IMG/VR virus record: IMGVR_UViG_3300008110_000670
Location: 1-29,738 of that record
DNA length: 29,738 nucleotides
Strand: one strand, 5' to 3'
DNA from: a virus
Lineage: Duplodnaviria; Caudoviricetes
Shown: positions 7,521 to 17,469 of the stretch, piece after piece
Position numbering within the stretch: the first letter of the stretch is position 1
Layout: each line of letters opens with the position of its first letter
Made by a program: the position numbers and the translations under genes
Notes under the pieces: model-generated
Told to the model about the DNA's origin: nothing
The model's input: only the letters and a program-made list of their open reading frames with translations
Database searches by the model: none

Positions 7521-10500
7521 ATGGCACTAGTATCACCAGGCGTAGAAGTAACAATCATTGACCAAAGTCAGTATTTACCTGCAGCCTCTAATTCAGTACC
7601 CCTTGTATTGTTGGCAACTGCAACTAACAAGGCAAACGCGGCTGGAACAGGAGTGGCAGCAGCCACTACAGCGGCAAATGCAAATAAATTATATCAGGTA
7701 ACAAGTCAGCGTGACCTTGTAAATCTATTCGGAACACCTTTCTTCTATAAAACTACAAACGGAACTCCAATTCAAGGATATGAATTAAATGAATATGGAT
7801 TATTAGCTGCCTATTCTTTACTAGGAACAACTAATCGTTGCTTTATCTTAAGAGCAGACATTGATTTAGGAAGTCTAGTAGGAACATTAAGTCGTCCAGT
7901 AGGAGATCCAGAAGATGGACAATATTGGTTAGATACTACAAATAGTACATGGGGTATCTATCAATTTAACGCAAGTACAGGAAAGTTTACAAATCAAACT
8001 CCATTAGTTATTGTAGATTCAGAATATATTGTAAGTGGTATTCCTACAGAAGCAGTCGGAACTATTGGTTCTTATGCTGTTATTCCACTTGAAATCACAG
8101 ATGATGACTATGCAGTTGGTACATATTTCTATAAAACCTACACTAATGCATGGGTTAGAGTTGGTTCAAGTGCGTGGAAACTTGCTTTAGCAACAGCAAC
8201 AGGTACTGTATCTAATCCAGCATTTGCTAGCACCGCTGAATTTACTATTAGCATCAATGGTGCATATACAAGAGCAGTTTCTATAGCTGGTGGTGACACA
8301 GTAGATGACATAGTTAACACTATTAATGGACTTAATATTGCATATCTTCAGGCTAGAAATCTTGAAGGTAAATTAGTTGTTTCTTATGGTAGCCCGGAAA
8401 TTAACCAGTATATTGCATTTACTAATACAACTGGTACTCCGTTGACTACTTTAGGTATTACTGCTAGCACCCCATATTATACACCTGATGTATCATACGG
8501 AACAAGCGCACAAATGCCATTATGGACAACTGGTCAATTATATCCACACCCAACAGGTTCATTATGGATCAAGACAAGTATTGCAGGTGCTGGATCAGAT
8601 TATATGGTTTCTCAATATAATGCTGGAACAGATGTTTGGGCAAGTCTTGAAGTATCAAAATTTCAAACTCCGGGTATAGCTACAGCTACATTAGATTCCT
8701 CTGGTGGTAAAACTATTCCAGCTGGTACATTGATTGGTACTGTAGGCGAGACTGACAATTATGCTACAAATTCAACAGTAGTTTTATGGAAAAGAAAAAC
8801 AACAGGTGAAATGTCTGTTGTTGGAGTTGAGACAACTGTTTCAATCACTAACGGTGGGATATTAGTTATAGTTCCTTCTACACCGGGTGTAGGTGAAACT
8901 ACTGTATTATCACCATATAATTTGACATTAAACGCAGGCGATGATGCAACTGATGTAGTTACAAAATGGTTGGCATTAGATATCCCTTATACTGACATTG
9001 GATTAACTACTACTGGAGCTATTGAAATAACACATACGTTAGGCGGAGATATCTTCCTAACTGACTTCTATTCCACTGGTATTAGTAATGGTATTATTGA
9101 CGATATGGGATTTGGTTCATCTAATCCAGATACTGATTATCTATTACAAGCTAATTATAGAAACCAATCTGCTGTACAAAGCGCAGTAGCACCAGCAGGC
9201 GGTACTGGTGCAGTATTTGATATTATAAATCGCGGCGACTTCTATGAAATTAATGTGGTAACACCAGGATCAGGCTATAGTGTAAATGACTTGATTACTA
9301 TTCCGGGTGCAAGTTTAGGCGGTGCAACAAGTGCTAACAACTTAGTTATTTCTGTTCAAGCAGTAACTGGTGGTGGTATTGATAATGTTGCATACTATTC
9401 AGGAACACCTAGAATTAACTATTCAACTATTTTAAGTAACTGGGATCTACTAGAGTACGTTTCAAATGAGGGCGCCCCAGCTACTACACCATTGAATAAT
9501 ACTAACTGGTTCTATAGCACAGCTAGCCAAGTTGATATCATGGTACAAAAGAATGGTAACTGGATAGGTTATAAGACAACGAACTTTGATACTAACGGAC
9601 ACCCTATCACTACTGGTTCAAATGCAACAGACCCATTAGGTCCTATTATTAGTGCTACAGCACCAGAACTTCAAACTGACGGTACAGCATTAGTATATGG
9701 TGATTTATGGTTAGATACAAGCGATTTAGAAAATTATCCAAAACTAAGTCGTTGGCAATTAGCTGATGGCGTGGATCAATGGGTAGCTATTGATAACACA
9801 GACCAAACAAGTGAAAATGGTATATTATTTGCTGATGCACGTTGGGCAACGTCAGGTTCAGTTGATCCAGTAAGCGATCCTATTCCAACTATCCTGTCAT
9901 TATTGTCAAGCAATTACTTAGATTTAGATGCTCCGGATTCAGCACTGTATCCACAGGGTATGTTGTTATTGAATACACGCCGTTCGGGTTATAATGTTAA
10001 ACAGTTTAGAACAAACTATTTTACAGCGGCAAATTATCCAGATGAAGTATTACCAACATATTCATACACATGGGTAAGTTCTAGTGGATTGCAATCTAAT
10101 GGTGCAGCCTACATGGGTCGTAAAGCACAACGTAATATGGTAGTTCAAGCGATGAAGGCAGCAGTAGGAACAAATCAAACTGTGCGTGAAGAAGATACCT
10201 TCTTCAATCTAATCTCAGCTCCCAACTATCCAGAATTACAACCTGATATGGTAGTCTTAAATAATGACCGCAATAACACTGCATACATTATTGGTGACAC
10301 ACCATTACGTTTAGAAGACCAAGCAACCGCATTGACCAATTGGGCAAATAACGTTGCAGGTGCTACAGCAACAGGTGAAGATGGATGGGTAACACGTGAT
10401 ACATATTTAGGTGTGTTCTACCCAAGCGGTATATCAACAGATTTAACAGGTGCATCAGTTGTTGTTCCTGCAAGTCATATGATGTTACGTACTTTCTTAC

Positions 10501-11057
10501 GTAACGATACAATTGCTTATCCTTGGTTTGCTCCAGCTGGTACACGCCGTGGTACAATTGACAATGCTACAAACATTGGATACTTGAGTGCTACAACAGG
10601 TGAATTTGTAACCGTTAAGAATCGTATGAGTATTCGTGATGTGTTGTATACAAACCAAATTAACCCACTAGCATACTTCACAGGTGTCGGTCTATTGAAT
10701 TATGGTAATAAGAATTCATTTGACTCACAAAGTGCGTTGGATCGTATCAATGTAGCAAGATTAGTTTGCTATATTCGTGAAAGACTACAAGTTGCGGCTC
10801 GTCCGTTCGTATTCGAACCAAATGATGCTTTAACTCGTAGTGAAATACAAGGTGTTGTACAGTCATTGTTTATCGACTTAGTTGCTAAACGTGGTCTATA
10901 TGATTACTTGGTTGTTTGTGACGAAAGTAACAACACACCAGCTCGTATTGATAGAAATGAACTTTGGATTGACGTTGCTATTGAGCCAGTTAAAGCGGCT
11001 GAATTCATCTATATCCCGGTTCGTGTTTTGAATACAGGTGAATTGGCAGCTGGATAA
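7521..11057 (+). CDS. gp18: Contractile tail sheath protein (T4 gp18-like) with large inserted domains
   Basis: MALVSPGVEVTIID start; C-terminal PWFAPAGTRRG, LYTNQINP, SALDRINVARL, FVFEPND..TR, VVCDESNNTP..ID.NE...D..I.PVKAAEFI. Confidence 0.96.
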   Translation: MALVSPGVEVTIIDQSQYLPAASNSVPLVLLATATNKANAAGTGVAAATTAANANKLYQVTSQRDLVNLFGTPFFYKTTNGTPIQGYELNEYGLLAAYSLLGTTNRCFILRADIDLGSLVGTLSRPVGDPEDGQYWLDTTNSTWGIYQFNASTGKFTNQTPLVIVDSEYIVSGIPTEAVGTIGSYAVIPLEITDDDYAVGTYFYKTYTNAWVRVGSSAWKLALATATGTVSNPAFASTAEFTISINGAYTRAVSIAGGDTVDDIVNTINGLNIAYLQARNLEGKLVVSYGSPEINQYIAFTNTTGTPLTTLGITASTPYYTPDVSYGTSAQMPLWTTGQLYPHPTGSLWIKTSIAGAGSDYMVSQYNAGTDVWASLEVSKFQTPGIATATLDSSGGKTIPAGTLIGTVGETDNYATNSTVVLWKRKTTGEMSVVGVETTVSITNGGILVIVPSTPGVGETTVLSPYNLTLNAGDDATDVVTKWLALDIPYTDIGLTTTGAIEITHTLGGDIFLTDFYSTGISNGIIDDMGFGSSNPDTDYLLQANYRNQSAVQSAVAPAGGTGAVFDIINRGDFYEINVVTPGSGYSVNDLITIPGASLGGATSANNLVISVQAVTGGGIDNVAYYSGTPRINYSTILSNWDLLEYVSNEGAPATTPLNNTNWFYSTASQVDIMVQKNGNWIGYKTTNFDTNGHPITTGSNATDPLGPIISATAPELQTDGTALVYGDLWLDTSDLENYPKLSRWQLADGVDQWVAIDNTDQTSENGILFADARWATSGSVDPVSDPIPTILSLLSSNYLDLDAPDSALYPQGMLLLNTRRSGYNVKQFRTNYFTAANYPDEVLPTYSYTWVSSSGLQSNGAAYMGRKAQRNMVVQAMKAAVGTNQTVREEDTFFNLISAPNYPELQPDMVVLNNDRNNTAYIIGDTPLRLEDQATALTNWANNVAGATATGEDGWVTRDTYLGVFYPSGISTDLTGASVVVPASHMMLRTFLRNDTIAYPWFAPAGTRRGTIDNATNIGYLSATTGEFVTVKNRMSIRDVLYTNQINPLAYFTGVGLLNYGNKNSFDSQSALDRINVARLVCYIRERLQVAARPFVFEPNDALTRSEIQGVVQSLFIDLVAKRGLYDYLVVCDESNNTPARIDRNELWIDVAIEPVKAAEFIYIPVRVLNTGELAAG

Positions 11058-11062
11058 TAAAA

Positions 11063-11084
11063 AGTCCCCTGGAGACAGGGGACT
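11063..11084. terminator. Stem-loop after the sheath gene (terminator or RNA-stabilising hairpin)
   Basis: AGTCCCCTG-GAGA-CAGGGGACT, 9-bp stem with GNRA loop; weak T-tract on plus strand, A-tract upstream. Confidence 0.65.
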
Positions 11085-11091
11085 ATTATAG

Positions 11092-11098
11092 ATAAATA
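11092..11098 (+). promoter_or_regulatory. Late promoter motif for the tail tube gene
   Basis: ATAAATA followed by AGGAG RBS and ATG at 11120. Confidence 0.72.
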
Positions 11099-11119
11099 AA
11101 GATATAGGAGAAATATAAA

Positions 11120-11749
11120 ATGGCAACAGCCTCACAATCATTGTTCAATATGACCGTAGCAGCCGATACCGGCACTAATGCTCAAGGTCTATTGATGCCT
11201 AAACTACAGTTTCGTTTCAGAGCATTGTTTCTAAACTTTGGTGTAGGTGGTTCCACACAAGAACTCACTAAACAAGTTATGGACATTCAACGTCCTCAAG
11301 TCCAATTTGATGAAGTAACATTAGATGTGTACAACTCTAGAGTTTATCTTGCAGGTAAACACGCTTGGCAAGAAACACAAGTTAATTTGCGTGATGACGC
11401 ACAGGGTAACATCAGTAAATTAGTAGGACAACAGATTCAGAAACAAATGGATTTTGTTGAACAAGCATCAGCCGCAACAGGTCAAGATTATAAGTTCCAG
11501 TTGAACTATGAAATACTTGATGGCGGTAACGGAGTTCTTACACCTAACGTATTAGAAACATGGGAATTATATGGTTGCTTCATTAAGAGTGCAAACTATA
11601 ACAACATGGATTATAAGACAAGTGATCCTGCAACAATTCAATTATCAATTCGTTTTGATAATGCAATACAAGCTCCATTAAGTTCTGGTATTGGTACAAA
11701 CGTAGGTCGTGCATTTGGCAGAGGATCAGTAACTGGTATCGGCAGCTAA
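11120..11749 (+). CDS. gp19: Tail tube protein (T4 gp19-like)
   Basis: Directly follows the sheath; PKLQFRFR, YLAGKHAWQ..V.LRDD, WELYGCFI...Y...DY...D...I.LSIRFD. Confidence 0.88.
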   Translation: MATASQSLFNMTVAADTGTNAQGLLMPKLQFRFRALFLNFGVGGSTQELTKQVMDIQRPQVQFDEVTLDVYNSRVYLAGKHAWQETQVNLRDDAQGNISKLVGQQIQKQMDFVEQASAATGQDYKFQLNYEILDGGNGVLTPNVLETWELYGCFIKSANYNNMDYKTSDPATIQLSIRFDNAIQAPLSSGIGTNVGRAFGRGSVTGIGS

Positions 11750-12845
11750 TGGCAGGATTTATACAAAATCTGTTACAGGATGCGGCATCCATTGTTAAGA
11801 CTGAAAGTAAAAATGCTGTAAAGTCTTTTTTTACTGCTGAGTACTTGCGTGATTATACTCACGCAAGTAAAACATTTGTAACAAATTCTTACGGATACTC
11901 TCCTAAGTTCAAATTTTTATTCCACGTTTATTTTGATATAAACAAAGAATATATCGGTGCAACAGCAAACTGGCCCAAAGATAGTAACTTTGGATTAACA
12001 GTTAAAAGCGTACAACTTCCAAAATACACAATGGATCTAACTTCACTTAATCAGTATAATAGAAAAAGAGTTGTACAAACAAAAATAAAATATGATCCTA
12101 TTAATATCGTGTTCCATGATGACAATTCGAATCTAGTTCGTAAATTATGGTACACATATTATACCTATTATTATAAAGATGCTACTCAACTTGATGCATT
12201 TACGGCTGGTTCAACTGGTGAAGCGGCACAGAGATATGATTTGAATCGTAGAAATATTTATGATAGCAGTATCACTGGTAATGATGATTGCATAATTTTG
12301 TAATGTACAGACTTATCAATCCTGTTATTGAAAGTTTTGGTCACGACACTTATAATTATTCTGAAGGTTCCGGTATCATGGAAAATCAAATGTCTTTACA
12401 GTACGAAACTGTTAGATATTATGAAGGTGCAATAGATGGTAGAACTCCTAGCGAATTTGTTAAGGAATTTGGTGATGCTGAACATTATGATAAGACATTA
12501 AGTCCTATCGCAAGACCAGGCTCAAATGGAACAATTATAGGTCAAGGCGGATTAACAGATGCGGTAGGCGGAATATTAACTGACTTAGAAACTGGTAACT
12601 TTGCAGGTGCAATACAGAAAGCAGGTGCTGCCGCTAATACGTTTAAGAATCCTCAAAGCATTATTAATGCCGCTAGAGGAGATATATTGGGTGCTGCCAA
12701 TGACGCATTATCAGGAACACCTAATCGTAACAGTCAGTTTGGATTCCCAACTGACGGATCAACAGTTGTTAAGAGTGCTACTGATAAGTTTAATAATGCA
12801 TTAGGCAAATTGCGTAAAAGCCCGGCCCCAGTCAATACTGAATAG
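11749..12845 (+). CDS. Tail-tube-fold paralogue (gp19/gp54-like tube initiator), split into two overlapping frames at about 12290
   Basis: ORF 11749-12303 has the first half of the fold (PKFKFLFHV, VKSVQLPK, YDPINIVFHDD); ORF 12288-12845 has the second half (YRLINPVIESFGHDTYNYS...MSLQYE) with only a TTG start and no RBS. Confidence 0.65.
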
Positions 12846-12860
12846 TCAACAAAATGATGC

Positions 12861-12867
12861 ATAAATA
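12861..12867 (+). promoter_or_regulatory. Late promoter motif
   Basis: ATAAATA followed by GAGG RBS and ATG at 12885. Confidence 0.7.
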
Positions 12868-12884
12868 CTTCTAAGAGGTAACTT

Positions 12885-13247
12885 ATGGCACAATTAATAG
12901 ACGCACCACAAACACAACTAGATAAAACAGTACGAGTGTTTGATAAATTTTATAATTTTGATTTACGTGTAGACGCTAATGAATATGATTTAGTGTATTC
13001 TTATTTCTTTGAGATATCAAAGAGTAAGGATGTTGCTAGTAATTTCAGTACCATAATTTTCAGAATATCAAATTTAACTGGTGAAAATCCATTAGTGTTA
13101 TTGAACCAACTTGAAAACACTACTAACTTTAAATCAAGCGCATTATTAACTTACTATCTTAACAGCACTAAAAGTAAAACTACATTATATGGTGTAGGAA
13201 TCATCCCCCAGCCTAACGAATTAATACAGAGAAATATTGTTGCATAA
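12885..13247 (+). CDS. Hypothetical late protein
   Basis: GAGG RBS, own late-promoter motif, TAATG coupling to the next gene. Confidence 0.75.
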   Translation: MAQLIDAPQTQLDKTVRVFDKFYNFDLRVDANEYDLVYSYFFEISKSKDVASNFSTIIFRISNLTGENPLVLLNQLENTTNFKSSALLTYYLNSTKSKTTLYGVGIIPQPNELIQRNIVA

Positions 13248-13681
13248 TGGCTAATTTTGCACAGGGTATTTTTGTACCCAAAAATCCTGAAAAGTATATA
13301 GGTAATCATAAACCCAAATATCGTAGTGGTTGGGAATTTACCTTTATGCAATTTTGTGATAATAACAAAAGCGTACTAAAGTGGGCGAGTGAAGCGTTAG
13401 TAATTCCATATATGCATCCATTAACTGGTAAACGTACTAACTATATACCTGACTTTTTCATAGTTTATCAGAATAAATTTGGAAAACAACTTGCTGAAGT
13501 AGTAGAAATAAAACCCAAAAAACAAAGTATTATTGAAAGTAAAATAGCTAGTGCTAAGGATCGTGCAATAGTAGCAATCAATCATGCTAAATGGGCTAGT
13601 GCTATGGCGTACTGCAAGCAGAATGGATTTACGTTTAGGGTCATAACTGAGAATGACCTTTTCTACAACGGTAGAAGATAG
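13247..13681 (+). CDS. gp4: Head completion nuclease (T4 gp4-like, TnsA-type PD-(D/E)XK fold)
   Basis: G.F.PKNPEKYIG, YRSGWE..FM.FCD.N..V.KW.SE, YIPDF, VEIKPKKQ, N.AKW..A..YC...G..F.VITE. Confidence 0.9.
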   Translation: MANFAQGIFVPKNPEKYIGNHKPKYRSGWEFTFMQFCDNNKSVLKWASEALVIPYMHPLTGKRTNYIPDFFIVYQNKFGKQLAEVVEIKPKKQSIIESKIASAKDRAIVAINHAKWASAMAYCKQNGFTFRVITENDLFYNGRR

Positions 13682-13683
13682 CA

Positions 13684-13713
13684 ATAAATACTACTATTAT
13701 GGAATAGTAGTAT
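13684..13713 (+). promoter_or_regulatory. Late promoter overlapping a hairpin that covers the start codon
   Basis: ATAAATA 13684-13690; ATACTACTATT-ATGG-AATAGTAGTAT perfect 11-bp stem 13688-13713 includes the AT of ATG 13712. Confidence 0.75.
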
Positions 13714-14197
13714 GACAAAAAAACTTAGCGAATTATTTGAATTGCCCTCAGAAGGATCAGTAAACGAAGATATACTTCAAAAAGCAGAAATTGAAGTAGT
13801 CACTCAGGAAGCATATAACAACCTAGAAAAAATAGAGAATGCATTGCCTCAAGTTCGAGGATTAGAAGCAAGTGACACTGAGATGGATGAGTTAGCAAAG
13901 TTGGCTCAAGACAGCTACAAAGACTTAATGGACTTGGGTATGCAAGTGGATAGTCGTTTTGCTAGTGAGATATTCAATAGTGCTAGTAGTATGTTAGGAC
14001 ATGCTATCACAGCAAAAACAGCCAAGATTAATAAAAAGTTAAAAATGATTGACTTGCAATTGAAAAAAGCTACCCTAGACCAAAAGGCTAAAGACAAAGT
14101 AGAAGAAATTCAAAGCACACCACTAGGTGAAGGTAGTTTAGTAGACCGGAATGAGTTACTAAAAAGTATACTGGCAAACAAAAAATCAGTAGATTGA
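13712..14197 (+). CDS. Probable terminase small subunit (T4 gp16-like)
   Basis: 161 aa, two long helices around DSRFASEIF (compare the gp16 PRA.EV turn), C-terminal DRNELLK; context next to gp4; recognition is by weak resemblance. Confidence 0.5.
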   Translation: MTKKLSELFELPSEGSVNEDILQKAEIEVVTQEAYNNLEKIENALPQVRGLEASDTEMDELAKLAQDSYKDLMDLGMQVDSRFASEIFNSASSMLGHAITAKTAKINKKLKMIDLQLKKATLDQKAKDKVEEIQSTPLGEGSLVDRNELLKSILANKKSVD

Positions 14198-14203
14198 TAA
14201 ATA
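14197..14203 (+). promoter_or_regulatory. Late promoter motif
   Basis: ATAAATA overlapping the upstream stop; AGGA RBS; ATG at 14222. Confidence 0.68.
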
Positions 14204-14221
14204 TATTATAGGAATAATACA

Positions 14222-14818
14222 ATGAAAAGCCTTCGACAATATCTAACAGAAAGTGTCAGAACATATCACTATACAATTAAGATTGCAGGAGACTGTGATA
14301 AGAATTTTTTAGACATGTTCAAACACAACTTATCTAAATTTGATCCAGTCAAGATTGAGGATCCAAAGACTACACCAGTACAAAAAGATCCATATGGATT
14401 TCCTGAACTGCAAAATGAGTCTATTGTAATAATTAAATGTGAGTTCAAATATCCAGCAACAGAGCCAATGGTTCAACAACTTGCTCAGTTACTAGGATGC
14501 AACATCAATAGAGTCAGAATGATTACTACTGATTACAATGATAGTATAAACAGCGAAGCTGAAGGTTATGCTAATGAGGCAAAAAATGAGCCGTTATTAT
14601 TGAAATCTGAGTTAGAAGATAATGGTAAGGAAGCAAGCAAAGAATATGCAAGTCAATATCTAGACCGTGTTGTTCCAAAGAAACCTAGTATTGATATTCC
14701 ATATGACGGTAAGAAAACACCAATTGCACCAAATAAGAGTAAAGAAGGTATCAACACGCTAAGTCCTATGAGTAAAATCACTCGTCCTGACTTACCGGCT
14801 ACCGGAGCTAGAAGATAA
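14222..14818 (+). CDS. Hypothetical, probably head-associated protein
   Basis: N-terminal MKSLRQYLTES resembles the short leader ending in L-X-E carried by T4-like internal head proteins. Confidence 0.7.
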   Translation: MKSLRQYLTESVRTYHYTIKIAGDCDKNFLDMFKHNLSKFDPVKIEDPKTTPVQKDPYGFPELQNESIVIIKCEFKYPATEPMVQQLAQLLGCNINRVRMITTDYNDSINSEAEGYANEAKNEPLLLKSELEDNGKEASKEYASQYLDRVVPKKPSIDIPYDGKKTPIAPNKSKEGINTLSPMSKITRPDLPATGARR

Positions 14819-15036
14819 TGATTGATTTTAATACTAGCCAGCTAACATGGATAGTTATCGGTGCCTGTAGTATAGGTGGCGGTGGCTACATGTCTATTAC
14901 TGAACATGTCTCAAATATTGACACTAAAGTTCAACTAACACAACTTAAAGTAGATGATACTAATAGTAGAGTAGCTGACTTACAAAAACAACTTTCTAGA
15001 ATAGAAGATAAATTAGATAAACGAGGATCAAAATAA
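14818..15036 (+). CDS. Small membrane protein with C-terminal coiled coil
   Basis: Hydrophobic LTWIVIGACSIGGGGY segment then heptad-like VADLQKQLSRIEDKLD; TAATG coupled on both sides. Confidence 0.65.
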   Translation: MIDFNTSQLTWIVIGACSIGGGGYMSITEHVSNIDTKVQLTQLKVDDTNSRVADLQKQLSRIEDKLDKRGSK

Positions 15037-17453
15037 TGGATTTCAAAAGCCTATTACAATCAATGACCACTCTCTCAGAGGGCGAAACAAAAGAAACGTC
15101 TAAAGGTCGTGAACACAAAGGTACTTATGGTACAAGTCATGGCAAAGAAGATGTTCGTGACCAATATGGGCATAAGATTGGCCGTGTTGATAAAGACAAA
15201 GATGACAAAGCTAAGAAAGATGATGCACCTAAAAAGCGTGGTCGTCCTACTAAGGCTGCTAAAGATGAAACTGGTGCAGATATAAAACATGACACATCAG
15301 GGATTCAATCAATGCTAGGCAAGAAGCCAAGCAAAGAAGTTGGTAAAGTATCTAAGAAACATAGTCTAAAAGAATATATTGAAGAAGTAGAAACAAATAT
15401 ACAATTAGATGAAGATATGAATAATCAAGATCCTATTCAAATCAAGCCAGCAAGCCAAACTAATACACAAGTCATTCAACAGGGTAATAAGACATTGGGT
15501 ACAGTTACTAACCCACAATTGGCTGCACAGATTAAACAGTCAATTGGTAAAGGTGAAATGACATTGAATCCTGATGAGCAAGGAATGGCGGAAGATGGTG
15601 GCGAAAAATGGATTCAAAAAGCTATCAAGCATCCTGGCGCATTGACTAGAAAAGCTCAGGCAGCTGGTCAATCAACATCTGCGTTTGCAAAATCACATGC
15701 ACACGATAAAGGTACTACAGGCAAGCAAGCACGATTAGCACAAACACTAAGCAAAATGCGTGAAAGTTTACAAGCTAATGGTATGGTGTTAACTGAAGGT
15801 CAAAAAGAACAAATGACTAAGTTCTTTGACGAGTTAGAATTGGGACCAAAAGGTTATAATATTAAAGCGGCAGTAGAATTACATGACAAAGGTCTTGCAA
15901 CAAGCATTATTAATAAAACATTAGCACACGGCAGATTCAGAAGTATGGCAGGTACATACAAAGACCAGATGCGTGATGCGGCATTAGAACACTTTGGATT
16001 CACTAACTATGAAGAAAGTTTAGAAGAAGGTGATTTAATACCACATCCAAGTAAAGACATGTATAGACAACATGCCATTCAGAATGGTAAAGATTTAAAA
16101 GTAGGAGACATTAGTGCGTTCAAACCAAGTCGCATACAGGCTCCTAGTAGACCAGTAGAAGAACCTACTCCATGGAAAGTTGACCCAATCAACGCCGCTA
16201 CAGACAGAGCAATCAATTTTATCTCTGGCTTACGCAAACCAAAAAATACACTTGAAAGCAAAGAAGATATGAAAGACGTACAATTCGAAGGTTGGGAAAA
16301 CCAACTAAAATCAATGTTAACTGAAGGTATTACTGTATCTTCTAGTACAGGACAACAAGGTTCACCTGACAATGTTACTATTAGTGCATCCGATACTGAT
16401 GCTGAACAGTTATTGGGAGTACTGCGTAATGCAGGAATAGGAGTATTTGGTGGCAATCAAAAAGCAGAAATGACTCCGTATGGCGCTCCTGCAGGTGAAG
16501 AAGAACCAACAGGAACAGGAACTGAACCAGAAATGAGTCCTGATGTAGTTGGAGACGGTGATGATATGCTATCATTGATTAAAAAGATGACTGGTCTTAG
16601 TGCTGGTCCAGTTGGGCAAGAACCAGAAGGTACAGCATCATGTGATTATGAAGATGAAGAAGGTTCTGATGACACAGCATTGCAACCAGCTGGTGGCGAA
16701 GAAGGACATGATGATGCAGAAGATTCTGACGAAGAAGATTCTGACGAAGAAGAAAAAACTGATGAAGGCTATAATGCTTTTACAAGTAAAGTAGCTAAAG
16801 CAAAATCAGATAACATCCCTGATAAAAATCAAAAAATTTCTGTAGGTGGAAAACAATATCCAGTAAAAGAAGATGACATGGAAGAAAGTAATGCTTTCGT
16901 TGACAAGTTGAGAAAAACACCAAAAGGTGAAAAATTCAGTATAGGTGGTAAACAGTATACTGATACTAGTAACATTGAAGAAGGTCATGACCATGAAATG
17001 TGTAATGAATGTGGTGGAATGATGTATGAAGGTCACACTTGTGAAGAACAAATGAATGAAGGCATGGGCAATGAATACAGTCCGGAAATGCAAGAAAGAA
17101 TTAAAAACTCAACTCCCCAAGAGTTATCTAAAATGGCGTATGAGTTAGCCGGTGACCCGTCACGCTATTCACATGAATATAAAAAACTTGAGGCAACTCG
17201 GTCTTTGTTGAGAGGTACAACTAAGCATGAAGAAAGTGTTGGAGAAGGCTTCTCAAATGACGCAGGTGGTGACGCTATGGCAGACACCGAGTTGATGAAG
17301 TTAAAAGAATTGTTGTCAATGGGCGGAGACCTACACAAGTTAAAGCGTAGTCAAGCAGTGGGCAATCCAACTCAAGTTACTTTAGAAACTAAGTTGATGA
17401 AAGATTCTAGCGATTTATTAGTAGATTACAAGAGATTAAGCGGCATAAAATAA
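15036..17453 (+). CDS. Large acidic/low-complexity protein, probable prohead core or internal head polyprotein
   Basis: 805 aa; many hydrophobic-X-E motifs; KKRGRPTK AT-hook-like motif; acidic tract; HDHEMCNECGG...HTC metal-binding motif; C-terminal KRLSGIK. Confidence 0.6.
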   Translation: MDFKSLLQSMTTLSEGETKETSKGREHKGTYGTSHGKEDVRDQYGHKIGRVDKDKDDKAKKDDAPKKRGRPTKAAKDETGADIKHDTSGIQSMLGKKPSKEVGKVSKKHSLKEYIEEVETNIQLDEDMNNQDPIQIKPASQTNTQVIQQGNKTLGTVTNPQLAAQIKQSIGKGEMTLNPDEQGMAEDGGEKWIQKAIKHPGALTRKAQAAGQSTSAFAKSHAHDKGTTGKQARLAQTLSKMRESLQANGMVLTEGQKEQMTKFFDELELGPKGYNIKAAVELHDKGLATSIINKTLAHGRFRSMAGTYKDQMRDAALEHFGFTNYEESLEEGDLIPHPSKDMYRQHAIQNGKDLKVGDISAFKPSRIQAPSRPVEEPTPWKVDPINAATDRAINFISGLRKPKNTLESKEDMKDVQFEGWENQLKSMLTEGITVSSSTGQQGSPDNVTISASDTDAEQLLGVLRNAGIGVFGGNQKAEMTPYGAPAGEEEPTGTGTEPEMSPDVVGDGDDMLSLIKKMTGLSAGPVGQEPEGTASCDYEDEEGSDDTALQPAGGEEGHDDAEDSDEEDSDEEEKTDEGYNAFTSKVAKAKSDNIPDKNQKISVGGKQYPVKEDDMEESNAFVDKLRKTPKGEKFSIGGKQYTDTSNIEEGHDHEMCNECGGMMYEGHTCEEQMNEGMGNEYSPEMQERIKNSTPQELSKMAYELAGDPSRYSHEYKKLEATRSLLRGTTKHEESVGEGFSNDAGGDAMADTELMKLKELLSMGGDLHKLKRSQAVGNPTQVTLETKLMKDSSDLLVDYKRLSGIK

Positions 17454-17469
17454 CAATAATCCGCATTTT

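Noticed and set aside
13247-13681. TnsA-like nuclease as evidence of a transposon
   Set aside because: Motifs and context fit the phage gp4 head-completion protein; no transposase partners or terminal repeats
16718-16753. 15-bp tandem repeat AGAAGATTCTGACGA
   Set aside because: Simple duplication in an acidic low-complexity coding tract (EDSDE twice)
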